Under the pieces are notes generated by a model. That model was not told the origin of the DNA and did no database searches. It saw only the letters and a list, made by a program, of their open reading frames with translations. DNA of 64,000 nucleotides, taken from Chrysemys picta bellii. Lineage: Eukaryota. The DNA is taken from positions 91,016,001 through 91,080,000 of the forward strand of contig NC_088798.1 in assembly GCF_011386835.1 (NCBI RefSeq), in the 5' to 3' direction. Positions 47,911 to 60,224 of the stretch are shown in pieces; positions within the stretch are counted from its first letter, which is position 1, and every line of letters starts with the position of its first letter. Both the position numbers and the translations under genes were made by a program.

Positions 47911-48409
47911 TTGGAGGAGTTAGAATTATAACTAGACTTTGAAATCTATAGGAACCAGGGGCAAAAATATCAAATCAAGAAACTAAAAGAACCAGTGAGG
48001 AAAGAAACAAGTGGGAGAAGAAACAAATGTGAAGCTGGAGGGAAAAAGTGTAAGGAACCAAATGTTCCTAAATTAGTATTTTTTGGTAGATACATGTGCT
48101 GTCTTGTAATACAGGTTAGTGAGAAAAATAAACACTGAAAAGATGAGGCAGATACACAGCAAATTGAATTTTGGCCATATTAGTATGGTAAATGTTTCTG
48201 TCCTGTTAGTGACCGGAGTACAGCTAACTTCGCCTTTTTGCCATACTTTCTGTAAGGATCATCTACATGCTACTGTAATGAGCTGCCTCTGGAGAGGAGT
48301 ACTTGAACCATTCTGTGGCAGCAACACACAAAGTTGTGGGTTTTGGGGGTGGTTTTTATTTTGAGGGGGAAGTGAAAAATAAATTCCCAGTTAAAATTAC
48401 TATTTTGTT

Positions 48410-48700
48410 TTTGGTAGGAATGTGACTTACTAAATAGGAATTAGGCTAGGACACCAGAGCCAACCACTTCTACTCTTAAAATACCACGGAGTATTTAATG
48501 ACCACAAAAGGCCATGACCAGTTTCTCATTTAAAGATTGACTCTCCTGCAATATAGTGCCCAGCCAAAATGGCAGCAGTATTTCAATATTGAGGCAAATG
48601 AAAATATCAGTTATTGAATATACAGCACCATATTATGCGTTTTTTTTTTTAAACTTCTCATCCAAATACTGAGCAAATCTGGCTCTACTTACTTTGCAAA
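48410..48700 (-). mobile_element. AmnSINE1-like element including the 5S-derived head
   Basis: GGACACCAGAG..AAC, TTTAATGACCACAA and TTCTCATCCAAATACT..C (reverse 5S-like head). Confidence 0.6.
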
Positions 48701-50420
48701 AGTTTAGCTTCGCATCTAGATGTAAAGAGAAACCTACATTGGTGGGTAATAATTGATATAGTTGTATACAAGTTTACTCTAATCTCCTATCTAGAGTTGC
48801 TTATAACTTTTCTTGTTTCTTTATGGGCAGAAACTTTCCGCACTTGGTCTTGGTTTTGGGTTAAAGGTGAATCTCTCTTGGAAAGTGAACAAAATATAAC
48901 ACTTGGGATTAGAGGTGGTCTCCTTTTTGAACACAGAAATTAAATGCAATGTCTGTTAATGCAGTTTAGCAAAATTCTACTTGCCTGTTTCCTTGGGAGG
49001 GGGTGATTGTGGGGAAACTTTTTTTGGTGATGACTCAATTATTTAATCATGGGGCAATATATGTTGTGCCTGGACTAGTGAACACTTGTAATTTTGCAAG
49101 ACTCTATTATTGAAACATGAAAGTTAAATATAGACACTAAAATCAAGAAATTGAGAACCATAATGCTTGGCCAAAGTGTTTGGTGTTGGTTTGTTACTAC
49201 GTAAATGACATACATTACTTTTAACTTGGATAACCAGAGAGGTGGCTTTGATGTGTGAACTTTGATCTTCTCGTCAGTTGAGCATTGGCTGTTTTAGTCA
49301 AGAAAGGGTGACCTATGAAATATGCTAAAGGATGATGCTAAGGAGAAATCCTTGGTAAATTTACTTCAAATGGATCAAGATGATGTGATGGTAATGTATA
49401 CAAGTCAACTTGTCTCTAAAGTTTGTCTAGTGCTTTGTTTTTAAGTGTTCGTTTAAAATTGCAAAGTTCTGGGTGTAGAGAGTGAAATTTTAAAGTACAA
49501 AATGTTAACTTTTTACCAAAAAACGAGGCTGTTTGGCACCAATATTTGCAGTAAATGGAATTCTGTGAACTTCAATTTTAATTGTGCAGACTCTGAAATG
49601 ACAAATAACTGTATAGCACTGGATTAACATCCATTGTATTGTAATAGCATAGTTTAAACTGGTAAGTGCTTTCCTTAACAAGGATGCTTTCTTGAACTGG
49701 GGTCTTAAATTGCAATTCGTTTCATTGCTTCAAACAGGATTTATTTGAGGGTGGAGAGTATTAAACTTGGCAAATTTTTTGGAGTAGTTCAGCCTCCAGA
49801 CTTCAGCTGGCCTGAAAACGTCAATGGAAACTAAATTGATGAAGAAGGAAAACAAACTTTTGTGTTATTTGTTTTTCCATTTTCCAGCCAACTCTAAAAT
49901 ATACCTGAACACTCCTATCTTACATTACTTTTCTTTCGTAAAACAAACATAAAGCAACCCAAATTTTCTTGGCCTCTTAACAGTATCAGTTCTGACTGTA
50001 TTTCTATGGCTGGCAAAATAAATGCTCAGTGTCCGTACGATAAACGTATTGTTTTTTTGTTTTTTAAAAAAGAGATTGCTTTGCAGTGAGCTTTAATACA
50101 GGCTGTCTTATTTTAATTAAATGTTTTAAAAACTACTTTTTGCAATGAGGCTTTTTTAGGAGTAAAACTGTACTTTGATTTGTTATCAGATATTTTGTTC
50201 ATGGTGTTGCTAATGCAAAACTGAAACTTCAGATATGTATTTACTGTTACTCAATAAAAGCCCAAGAGTCTTGTAGTTTTACTTTAAATATAATTTCATT
50301 GTATATGTTTAATTCTGATCTAATGACGTAGGGTGGAGTTGAAACTTCTGCATATTTGAGGTAGCCTTGGATAGCATTTTGCTGTCTAAATTGACTGACT
50401 TTGTTTGTGTTTACTTGCAG

Positions 50421-50502
50421 GATCGCGCAAGAACTTTTGACATGCATTCACTGGAGAACTCGCTGATTGACATAATGAGAGCTGAAAATGATTCACTGAA
50501 AG
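50421..50502 (+). CDS. CPEB4: CPEB4 coding exon 2 (82 nt; DRARTFDMHSLENSLIDIMRAENDSLK-G)
   Basis: Acceptor TTGCAG| at 50420, donor AAG|GTAAAT at 50502/50503 (phase 1); matches the recalled CPEB2-4 motif TFDMHSLE.SLIDIMRAE.D..KG. Confidence 0.97.
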
Positions 50503-51699
50503 GTAAATTTAGAAGGTGACTGTTTCCTGCAGTAAATAATTAGGATGATGTGCTTGGGCAGGATACAAAACTTGTCTTTTGTTAGAACAACTAAGTATGA
50601 TTTGCATATTGCATGTTGGTCAACTCATCTAGGCCTCATTTTCCTTCTCTGTCAAGAGACGAAGGTGTCAATGCAAGTGAGCACCTTTGTGTGTCTAATG
50701 TCTTGATCAAGGACACTACAAAATGGAAGCACAAGGCATTCTTTTGTGTAATTGGCTTGAATTGTGTTGATTTTTTTTTTTTTAAATGCGCAGCATGTAA
50801 AAATTAAATTCCCAGTTTCTGGAATCTTATTCAGATAGGTAAAACATACCAACCTACTTGACAGTGTTTTCCCTCTTCAGCCACATATGCTCTTCTGTCT
50901 CTGCAAAAAATACGTCTTCGGTACTTATTTAACTAACCCAGTGTCTAATATGAGTACTAAGCTATTTCATCACAACTCTTTGTCTCAAGTAGTCTTTCCA
51001 TTGACTATGCAACACACTTGCGTAATTATGTCCATTTCCCTTTTGAATTATAAGGTTCTCCTGATGCAATACTTTCTCCAGAGTAAAGATTGAACATTCT
51101 TGTGCTGTCTCTCAGGAATGAGAGATGCTTACATATATAGGAACAGTATACTTTGCAAGTGAAAGATTTAAAAAGAAATGAGTTTTAAGCTTCCCATGAA
51201 AGTGTTCTGAAAATATCGACTAAAGAAACAACTGTCTTCTGAAAATGCTTTTAATACACATTAATATATTGCTTAATAGAAGCAGCACATGCTGTAAAAC
51301 CCTGAAGTTTAGTTCATTGCAGGTCAGTGCTAAACACTAATCTTACAATTTCAGTCTCAGGGTTACAGTTGTCTGAGTACTCTTATTTATCCACCGCAAG
51401 GTTTTTGCACATTTTTTTTGTTATTGACCTGAGGCCACTAACACAGATTTATGGTAGTCTTTAAAAATAAATTTCCCTGAACACCAAGGTTTGTGTTATT
51501 AATTGAAGTGACTTGCATTTTAGTAGTGCTTCTCATCTAATACATCTGTTAAGTACTTTGGGATTGTATACTAAAAGTCCTTGCATCCAGCTCTGGGGTG
51601 AAATGCAGCTACATGACAATTCAGTGCAGGAAATAACTTTCCAACTGAAACTACAAGGGAGTGCTAAGTAGGCAAAACTCCCACTGAGTTTAAAAATAA

Positions 51700-52125
51700 A
51701 AACAAAAAACTTTCCCCGTGGGGAGAAGGGTACCAGTGCCATTGGCTCTTTAATAAGGTTGCCAATTTTGGCTGGATATATTCCTGGAGGTTTCATTACA
51801 TGACATAATCTTCAATTAAACACTCCAGGATAATCCTTGAGGTTTGCTACTCTTTAATAACAGCAAGTTGCAAGGGCCTTGTTGGTTTTGTTGTTGTTGT
51901 TGTTGGGTTTTTTTTTCCCCCCACAGGCCATCAGAGCACAGTACCCTGTGTATACCTTAGCATCATAATGGTGCCTTAGTTCAGTACTGAGTCAAAAGTC
52001 AAGTGTCCCACTTAAATTAAGCACCTGGAGTTTGCTTGGAGGCCTTTCATCCAGCTATGAGGTGGGCCCAATCCAACTTGTAGCTGATTAAATCTGACAA
52101 GCTCACAGTGATGTGGCTGCAGACC
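51700..52125 (-). mobile_element. AmnSINE1-like element interrupted by a MITE
   Basis: GTGCCATTGGCTCTTTAAT, TTAGTTCAGTACTGAGTCA, GCACCTGGAGTTTGCTTGGAGGCCTTTCATCCA and GTGATGTGGCTGCAGAC follow the reverse AmnSINE1 consensus (recalled). Confidence 0.7.
51754..51849. mobile_element. Short hAT (Tip100-like) MITE
   Basis: Starts TAAGGTTGCCAA, degenerate right end GGTTTGCTA; perfect 8-bp TSD CTCTTTAA (51746-51753, 51850-51857). Confidence 0.85.
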
Positions 52126-52919
52126 AAATTCAGCTTTTAAGGGAAATTTAGTTTTCTAACAAAGTAAGGTTGCTATATTGTCATGTTCGGTAATTAAGGG
52201 CAGTTTTATACAGTACTGTGATTGATTGGTTTAACTGCTTTGAAAAAGTCCTTTGGTTTTCAAATGGCTCTTTACTTTAAAGTGAAAAGTGTTCAAAGAG
52301 TGGAATAAATGTCAGCAAAGAATAGTGTATATTTCTGATGCTTACAAATTCTTGCTTGAGCTTGATTTGTTAATCCCCAGTGCACAGTCATCTATATTTG
52401 GTATAAAGCTCTGTGTATTGTTGCATAATCAGAACACAGCAACATCAATCAGATATTATTCTGGGAAATTTTCTACTGTATTTTCGTTAGTTGCTAGACA
52501 TTATATTACTCTAAACTATAATATTCCTTTTTGATGTTTTAAGGTTAATAGCCCTAAAAATATACTTGCCTTAACAATGCTTCCATTTTATAGTACTTCC
52601 TGGGCTACGTTTTTAAGTTACTTACATGAAACTTGTGGTACATAAATCCCTGTTCTCTGCTATTATAGCTTAGCAGGCTTGTGCAGTGGTTTATTTGCTG
52701 TAGTATTTTAAGGAATGTGCCTTTTAAAAAAGAATTAGCTTGAATAATGTTGAAAAGAATCAGCAGAAGGTAAGAATCTTAAAATATGACTTGTGGTTGC
52801 CATTTTATAGTCTTGCTGTCCTTTTTTTAATACCTGCAGTTATGTAAGTTGATCCATAAAAATAGCTACGCAGTTTGTTTTTATATGGGTTACTTTTCAT
52901 GGGCAGTGTTTTTAAACTA

Positions 52920-53085
52920 ATTTGGATTGGCCTTCCATGTGAAGTGATGGAAGTTCCATTGCTTGAGACTTTAAAAATAGACTGGACAGAGCACTAGCAA
53001 ACATACTGTAGGAAACAATCTGGGATTGGCAGGGAGATGGACCGGATGATCTAATAGGTCTCGTTGCTAACTTCTGACTCTTTGA
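52920..53085 (+). mobile_element. Old CR1 3' fragment
   Basis: W.GLP.EV....L...K..LD-like text, then GGCAGGGAGATGGACCGGATGATCTAATAGGTC CR1-type tail. Confidence 0.6.
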
Positions 53086-55499
53086 TAAAATTTAACAATG
53101 ATTTACGTGTCGGTATTCTAAATCAGGTTACTTCTTCCCTTCATAGCACAATGCACTCCAGAAATAAGGAAAAATATTAAAATACACCAAGTGAGCCTTT
53201 TAAAGTCTTCAGACCTGGGGGGAAATATGTTTAGGGATTGGGAATCATAGTGTTGGGACCATTGTCTCAAGGTTTTGACAGAAACGCCTGTATGGTTAAG
53301 TGATAGCCTGACTTCATATTGGGATGTACAGGATAGTGGTAGTTTTTTGGTTTGGAAGTCTACAGCATAACAATCACAAAAACTAAACAAAAAATCTATA
53401 TTCTGTTATGACTACTTAGTGATTGAGTCTTACATTTACTAATCTTGGGTTTCTTTATGAATAAGTGTAACAATTGTTCTTTGCTTGCAATATTAAGCAT
53501 ACAAACAAGGCAATGCTTTGTATTTTTGGTGGATCCTTGAGAAGCATTTTGAAAATAGCATTGATTCACTATTAGATTCAGTGTTAAAATCCTGATGAGA
53601 TTTTTGTAAAATGTGATAACAAATATTTTTATTTGTGGCTGTTTCATTTTTTTTCTTCCTTGAATCCTATCCCCATTTCCTTTCCTGAACAGCTGCCATT
53701 TCAGTATGTTATTTTTATCCACGAGGGTGAGCGTGCTGACTTCTACATAGCCAATGACAATCTGCAGAAGCCTTTCCCTAGAGACTAATTGCATCTTCTT
53801 TATATTGTACTCGGCCTTCAGCTGAGCCGGAGATCCAGAGACTGATTTTTGAATCTGGGTCTTCCAGATTGCAGTTTGAGCATTGGTGTAACACTAGACG
53901 GCTGACTAAATATTTCCCTCTTTCATCTAGAATGAAATGTCTTTAAATGCTGTGTAGTGGCAGACTTGCTGCTTTAGTGACTATCCTGAACCTCTGTTCT
54001 TTCCAGGCTATGGGACTGGCGCTTATTGCCTGGAAGTGGTGCAAAGTGAAAGGGATTAGAGAAGCAGGCTGGCACGCATGCTTCCAGCACTGCAAAGCAC
54101 TGTTGTAAAAGAGTCTGTCTAGAAACAGCCAAAGGAAAAGATGTGAATCCGCTCTAAAGCTGCATGAGAGAGATACATTGGAAAAATTAGGCTAAAGATG
54201 GCTAGGGTGAGAAAAAGCTAGGCTTTGGATAGAGTAGACTAAAACTGAAAAGGATTGGGTGCATGGGGGCGGGCGGGGAGGTAGATGTGAAGATGGTGTG
54301 CACATTGCCTGAAAATCGGATGGGGGGGGGGAAGGCAACCTGATGAAAATGGAATTCATAGACCTGATGTTTCTCAAAATGGATTATTTTGGGTTAACTG
54401 CTACATGTAGTAATATTTCTAGAACAATCATCAGCCTCTTCAAGTCCTGAAAAACTACTAGATTTTTAAAAATGGGTGACGATCCATAATGATCCTATGG
54501 AAAAGATATTTGTGTCAAAGGGTTGGGATGACTTGTACAGAGATTTTTCTGAATGGGAAGGAAGAAATTAACTGGCATTTTCTTGTGCAGTGTTTGGAAT
54601 GTGGTTTGTTTTTGTGACATCCTATCTGGCTCCTCAAATATATGCTCAGATAATATATTTGACACAGAGTCATGTGTTAATGATCGCACAATGGTCCCCA
54701 ATCCTGGTTGAGGCCTATAGATCCCACGGTAATATAAATAACTAATAATAATATATAAGGCTATCGTTCTGGCCAGATAAGTGAGTGACCATGCATAATC
54801 AGTTAAAAAAAAAAAAAAAAACACCCTAAGGTTTGATTTTTTTTTTGTCAGTATTCTAAAGGGATCTACAAAAACAGAAGTATACATATTTTTATGCTGA
54901 GCAGGGGTGTTAAACTTAATAGCCAAAAACAACTCATCTTTTCCTCCCTTGTTTTGCTTTGGGAGTGCTACACAGTACCCTTCTGGGATCCTGAGGGTAT
55001 TCAGACCCATGCGTTAAGACCTGCACTTAATATAGCTTTATAATCAGTGAAGCCTTTTGTATTATATATTAGTTTGGGTGAAAGAGGAGCTGCAGAATGC
55101 CTGTCAATTTTTTTATAAAAAAGCTGAACTGATGATCCAATCTGTGCACCCTCTTCTCTGAGCAATTTATAGAAAAAAAGATCATTACTCATTTGAAACT
55201 GAAATACATAAAACTTAATATAAAATGCTGAAAAACTAACTGCCTCTTCCCCTCGTGTGGTATACTGGCCCAGTTTGTCCTAACCATGATTAGGAAGTAC
55301 TTGTGAGTTATGCATTAAATGACTGCAGCCTGTAGGTCACTGGTGGTCATCCTGCAAGTTCACTTTGTCATAATAAAAATGAAGAACCCATGGGATTTCT
55401 GAGTTAATAGATAATATAATTTTGATTATAAGCAGATGAATTATTCACTTTTAAAATGGAAGTGAATGTAATACCTATAAGTTAGGGTCTAATAGACAA

Positions 55500-55660
55500 G
55501 TTAAGAAACAGGATAGACCTGACACTACATTGGTTTTCCCCTCACCATGACTCTGCCAATCCTGACCTGGGAACAAAGGATTCCAGTCCTATAACTGTCC
55601 ATTGCAAATGGGTTAGGATGCTACTGCCGGACTCTTCATTTGTGACAGTCAAGGATTTGT
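55500..55660 (-). mobile_element. LF-SINE-like fragment
   Basis: TTTTCCCCTCAC...CTGCCAATCCTGACCTGG resembles the reverse LF-SINE 3' region (recalled). Confidence 0.4.
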
Positions 55661-57739
55661 ACTCTTGCCAAATGTTGTTAATGTACTAACTCATCATTTG
55701 ACGTAGTCCTTGAATTATTTACAAGCCTTTATTTTAAGTCCCTTTAGCTATTTCTAGTTTACATGTTTATTTCTACAACTTGTGTGGGTGTGTACATATT
55801 GTATGTATATATAAAATGAAGTGTTTCCTATACCTGTGTGTTGGTTCTCCCCAACCTCTCCTGTATATCTTATTGGCTCTTCCCAGAGCATTTAATTTAA
55901 AAATAGCTAAATTATAATCTCTTAAGAAGTAATTTTCTGTTTTGGTTTTTAACAAAATGAAATAAACAGACACGCTAACAGAAATCAAGGCCATGTCGGA
56001 GGTTTGATTTTAAACTAATAAAGGAAAAGTAATGACCAATCATCAGGTCTTGGCTTTCACGATACTTATGCCTATTATCTGGCCAATTTTTGACCACTCT
56101 TCTATTTAAAAAACAAACCCGAATCACCTTAGATTGTGATCATTTCACTTTTTTAAATATGGAAGAACTCAAAATTCATAGCAAGCAGAAAGAACAGAGT
56201 AGACAGGTGGAAGAAATAATGTTGGTACTCTGGTAAATGAAAGACTAAAATGGACAGCGCAAGGACTTTCTCTTTTTGACACTGGTTTAATATATTGATT
56301 GTTCCTGGTCCTCCTTTGAGACTGGTAGTCACGTGTGTATGACCCATATATAAACTGCCCTAAGATTTAGAAATCAAGAGGGAATTTGTTTTGCGCTCCT
56401 AAACAGATCCGAGATGAACTTCTTAGGGCATTTTTGCAGGATGGGGGAAAAAGGAGAAAGATAACCAAACCCCACTCCAAATTTTGCAATTTGACCTAAT
56501 CTCGAATTATTGTAGATTAAAAAATAGGAAGACTGATGATTGCAAGTGATCTTTTGTCTTGATGTAGCTAGCTGTCACGGAATTTGGTCTCAATCTGAAC
56601 TCGGGGTAGATTTGCACTGAAGAGATACTTAGCATGATGTACCATATGTAGAAAAAATAGAAATGGCATTGATTTTAATAGTTTTAGCAAGAAAAAATTC
56701 GTTATGCATCAGATCAGCTCTGGAAAAATATGCATGAGGCGGGTGAAGCTCACGGTGTACACTTAAAAAACAAAATCCACTCCCACTTTGTGAACCTACA
56801 GTGTGTAAAGTCATTACCCTAAAATTTCTATGAAGAAATAAACTGAAAGATTACTTAGGGCTTGCTTGTCTTTCTGGAAAGTGCTCAGTCTCCTGAGGTG
56901 GCTGGATGATACCAAGTACTGTGAACTGCAGGTGAGAGCACATTTTAATCCCAGAAAGAATTGGAGCAGCTTGTATAAGTGTTACAGTACCCCGAAATAC
57001 AGTTTGTTATTTGAAAGCAAAGGGTTTTTTGTGTGTGGTGGTGGGTATGGGAGGGCGCAAAGACTTGGTGGGGAGTGTAGGAAGGAAGAAAATGATCTTG
57101 ACTCCCCTGCAGTTACTGCTGTTATGGTATGTCCCAAATACTTGTTTCTTTCTGTGCCTGGTCTGTTGTGTTTGTGTTGCTGCTATTTTCTTAAGTGCCT
57201 GTAATACAAGGAGCAGTCCTAATTTGCGTATGAAGATTGTACAGCACAAGGTAACTTCTCTCTTGGGATGCAGGAAGAGGGTGTACTTGTGGGGTTGTGG
57301 TATCCCATGCAGTCACTGCAAAGCTTAATAATGAAACTGCAAATGTAACATTAGCTAGCTCTCTCTGGCTTGCTTTCAAACTGCTGCCAACTCGGAAGAT
57401 TCCTGTTGGAGCATGGGTGGGGGCGCACACGTTGGCTTGTATGTGTAGTGAATAGCTCACTGTAATGCTACTTAAAGCACATCCCTTTTTGAAGTCCATC
57501 GTTAAAGGTGATCATTTGTTTTGTACTTCCTGGTGGCATGCTGGATTGTGGATTGCTATCATGTCAGTTTATGTAATGTAAACCTTAAGTAAAAATGGAG
57601 AAGCTTTTAAAAATGGCTGGAGTCTTGAAGTCACGTGCAAGCCCCATGATTATTTTTTTTCATAATGTTAGTCTCACTCATAACATACATGCACAACTGG
57701 CATTTCCACTAAACTATAAAACATACAGGAGATTAGAGA

Positions 57740-57835
57740 GAGGAGGTGAGTGAGGTAATAGCTCTTATTGGACCAACTTCTGTTAGTGAAAGAAACAAGT
57801 TTTCAAGTTTACACAGAGCTCTTCTTCAGGTCAGG
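57740..57835 (-). mobile_element. Short Penelope-like repeat with a decayed hammerhead-type motif
   Basis: Minus strand GAC-CTGAAGA-AGAGCT-CTGTGTA-AACTT-GAAA-ACTT-GTT; plus strand GTGAGGTAATA..CTTATTGGACCAACTTCTGTT resembles a common turtle repeat (recalled). Confidence 0.55.
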
Positions 57836-58301
57836 AGAATAGTTTAAAGGGTCATCTTCCCCATATTCTAATTCAGGACTGAAAAAAACAAAAAATATTT
57901 AAGGTTGAAATTGATCTCTAATGTACGTAGTGATTACCTTTGTTTGGTGCCAGCACAGAATGAGACATTTGTCTCCAAAGAAAACAGGGCAAAATTCTGC
58001 TCTCATTTATAATGATGTAACTGTGAAGTCAGTGGAGTTAACTCTGAGTCTACATTGGTGTAAACTAACTCAGAAATTGTCCCTTAGTCTAAAAGATAGT
58101 TATGTGGACTAGAAGACAAGATGCTCTGGGAAAACCCATAGGACCTGACCTAGGTCAAGACTTTCAGAAGTGACAATGATTTTGAGTGCCTAACTTGAGA
58201 CAAAATATAGGGACTGGATTTCAGAAAATGGTGAGCCTCACCCTCTGAAGATCAGGCTCCTTCATGGTATCTCAGATTAGGCACCAGATATTGAGTTAGG
58301 C

Positions 58302-59276
58302 CAGGGGTCGGCAACCTTTCAGAAGTGGTGTGCTGAGTCTTCATTTATTCACTCTAATTTAAGGTTTCGCGTGCTGGTAATACATGCTAAAATGCCCCAT
58401 GTGCCCCCCCGGCTCCCCCCTCGCCTAGGGTTACCATATTTCAACAATCAAAAGAGAGGACGGGGGGGAGCCCCGCCCCCATCCCCTCCCTCCTACTTCA
58501 CACCCCCTGACTGCCCCCCTCAGGACTGCCAACCTTGTTCCTTGTCCCCTGACTGCCCCCTCCTGAAACCCCCCCCCACCCTAACTGCCCCCCAGGACTC
58601 TACCCATCCCTTGACTGTCCCGACCCTTATCCACACCCTCACCCCCAGACAGACCCCCAGGACTCCCAAGCCCCATCCAACCACTCTCTGCTCCCTGACT
58701 GCCCCCTAGGACTCCCCTTACCATGCTCATGCCGGTCAGACGCTGGCTCCACGTGGAGGCAAAACACGCTGCCGGGCTGCTGCGCGCACAGCCTCTCCCC
58801 CGCAGAGTGCTGAGGCAGCGGGAGGGGGGGAGCTCCGGGAGGGGCAGCGGCTCACACTTCCGGGAGCCGCAGAACCCAGGCGCGGTGAGGGGGGCGCCGG
58901 GAGGAGGGCCTGCCCGGGCTGCGGCCTGGTCCCCGGGCTCTTCCCTCGCTGCACTCGGGCGCTGCTGCTCCCAGGAGTGTGAGCCGCCGCCGCCCCTCCC
59001 GGAGCAGGCTCAGGGCCCTGTGCCCCGGCGGCTCACACTTCCGGGAGCCGCAGAACCCAAGCACGGTGAGGGGGAACTGGGGGGGTGCGACTGCCGCCGG
59101 TCTGGGGTCCCAGCCGCCGGCCCCACTCAGCCTCCTGCCGGCCTGGGGTTCCCTTCACTCAGCCGGCAGTGGGTTGGGCGGGGCTGGCGGTCAGGACCCG
59201 GGCTGGCAGCCGCGTGCCAGGCAAAAACAGCTCGCGTGCCACCTTTGGCATGCGTGCCGTAGGTTGCTGACCCCTG
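58302..59276. mobile_element. 975-bp composite non-autonomous hAT element
   Basis: TIR CAGGGGTC(G/A)GCAACCT (15/16); perfect TSD AGTTAGGC (58294-58301, 59277-59284); C-rich tract, CpG-rich interior, internal 46-bp duplication. Confidence 0.93.
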
Positions 59277-60049
59277 AGTTAGGCTTTTAAAAGGCTAGCC
59301 ATCATAGTGATATCTGAGCCTCCTTTCTACAGTGTCACACATGACCCCATGACCACTGTAAAAACAAAAAAAAACAAAAAAAACCCGGAACCTGACATTT
59401 AAGATGTTACCTTTGAGTAAAATTGTTTTGTATTTAGCAGACCTAATGAATCAGGATCATAACACAGGCCAAATTAACAAACTGAAAATGTAGGAGTTAA
59501 ATTTTGGTTCATGTTTAAAAACACTATAGTAATTGTAAGAGGTAAATTACCTTTTATGCTAAGTTGATTCCTGAGTGTTCTTTGATGCTTAAAATACAGT
59601 TTTTGAGGTACAGTAGATCACTTGGGAGGAATTATTATTTTAATATGAGAGTTTATTCCCCCCTGTTGGCATTTTGCCTCTGACATTGAGAGTTTTGTTT
59701 GGCTCGTGCCAAACGTGTGTCCTTCATTTTCTTACCTTAATTTCTTCTTGAAATAATGTTGATTGGCAGCATTTGCTGTGCTGTTTTTAACAGAAATAAG
59801 TAATTTAAACTTTCCTTTTGACTACATCTGTGTTTTTAGAGCAATGGTCCTTGATGAATGCAAGTTTTAAACCAACCAGAGATTTATTCTCATGGCAGAA
59901 TGTCTCCGTGAAAGTGTTTGAGCGTTTGTTAACTTGCTGCCTCAGGATAGACCAGATTAATGACCTTCTGCTTTTGAGTGAGAATAACACCTGCATTTAT
60001 GCCATCTGATCAAAAAATTAGGAATGATCAAATCACATACTTCAGAGTG

Positions 60050-60224
60050 GGGGGAGGGATAGCTTAGTGGTTTGAGCATTGGCCTGCTAAACCCAGGGTT
60101 GTGAGTTCAATCCTTGAGGGGGTCACTTAGGGACCTGGGGCAAAATCAGTACTTGGTCCTGCTAGTGAAGGCAGGGGGCTGGACTCAATGACCTTTCAGG
60201 GTCCCTTCCAGTTCTAGGAGATAG
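60050..60224 (+). mobile_element. tRNA-derived SINE with CR1-like tail (tortoise Pol III/SINE type)
   Basis: A box TAGCTTAGTGG 60060-60070, B box GAGTTCAATCC 60103-60113, tail GGCAGGGGGCTGGACTCAATGACCTTTCAGGGTCCCTTCCAGTTCTA shared with CR1 3' ends. Confidence 0.92.

Larger units (their letters stand above)
38352..50420 (+). other. CPEB4: CPEB4 intron 1 (12,069 nt)
   Basis: GTGAGA ... TGTTTGTGTTTACTTGCAG; joins exon 1 and exon 2 in frame. Confidence 0.93.

Noticed and set aside
50881-50920. 40-nt cryptic exon after exon 2
   Set aside because: Reasonable acceptor (TTTCCCTCTTCAG) but a weak donor (TCG|GTACTT).
32705-51906. Microsatellites and homopolymers ((TA)n ~32715-32732, (GTT)n ~51885-51906, poly-A/T/C runs)
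   Set aside because: Short, ordinary simple repeats.
21003-55010. Long AT-rich ORFs 21003-21461 (152 aa) and 54495-55010 (171 aa)
   Set aside because: No recognisable homology; they include homopolymer runs and are plausible chance ORFs in 64 kb.
60050-60125. tRNA gene
   Set aside because: A and B boxes are present but there is no clean cloverleaf, and it continues into a CR1-like tail, so it is a SINE.
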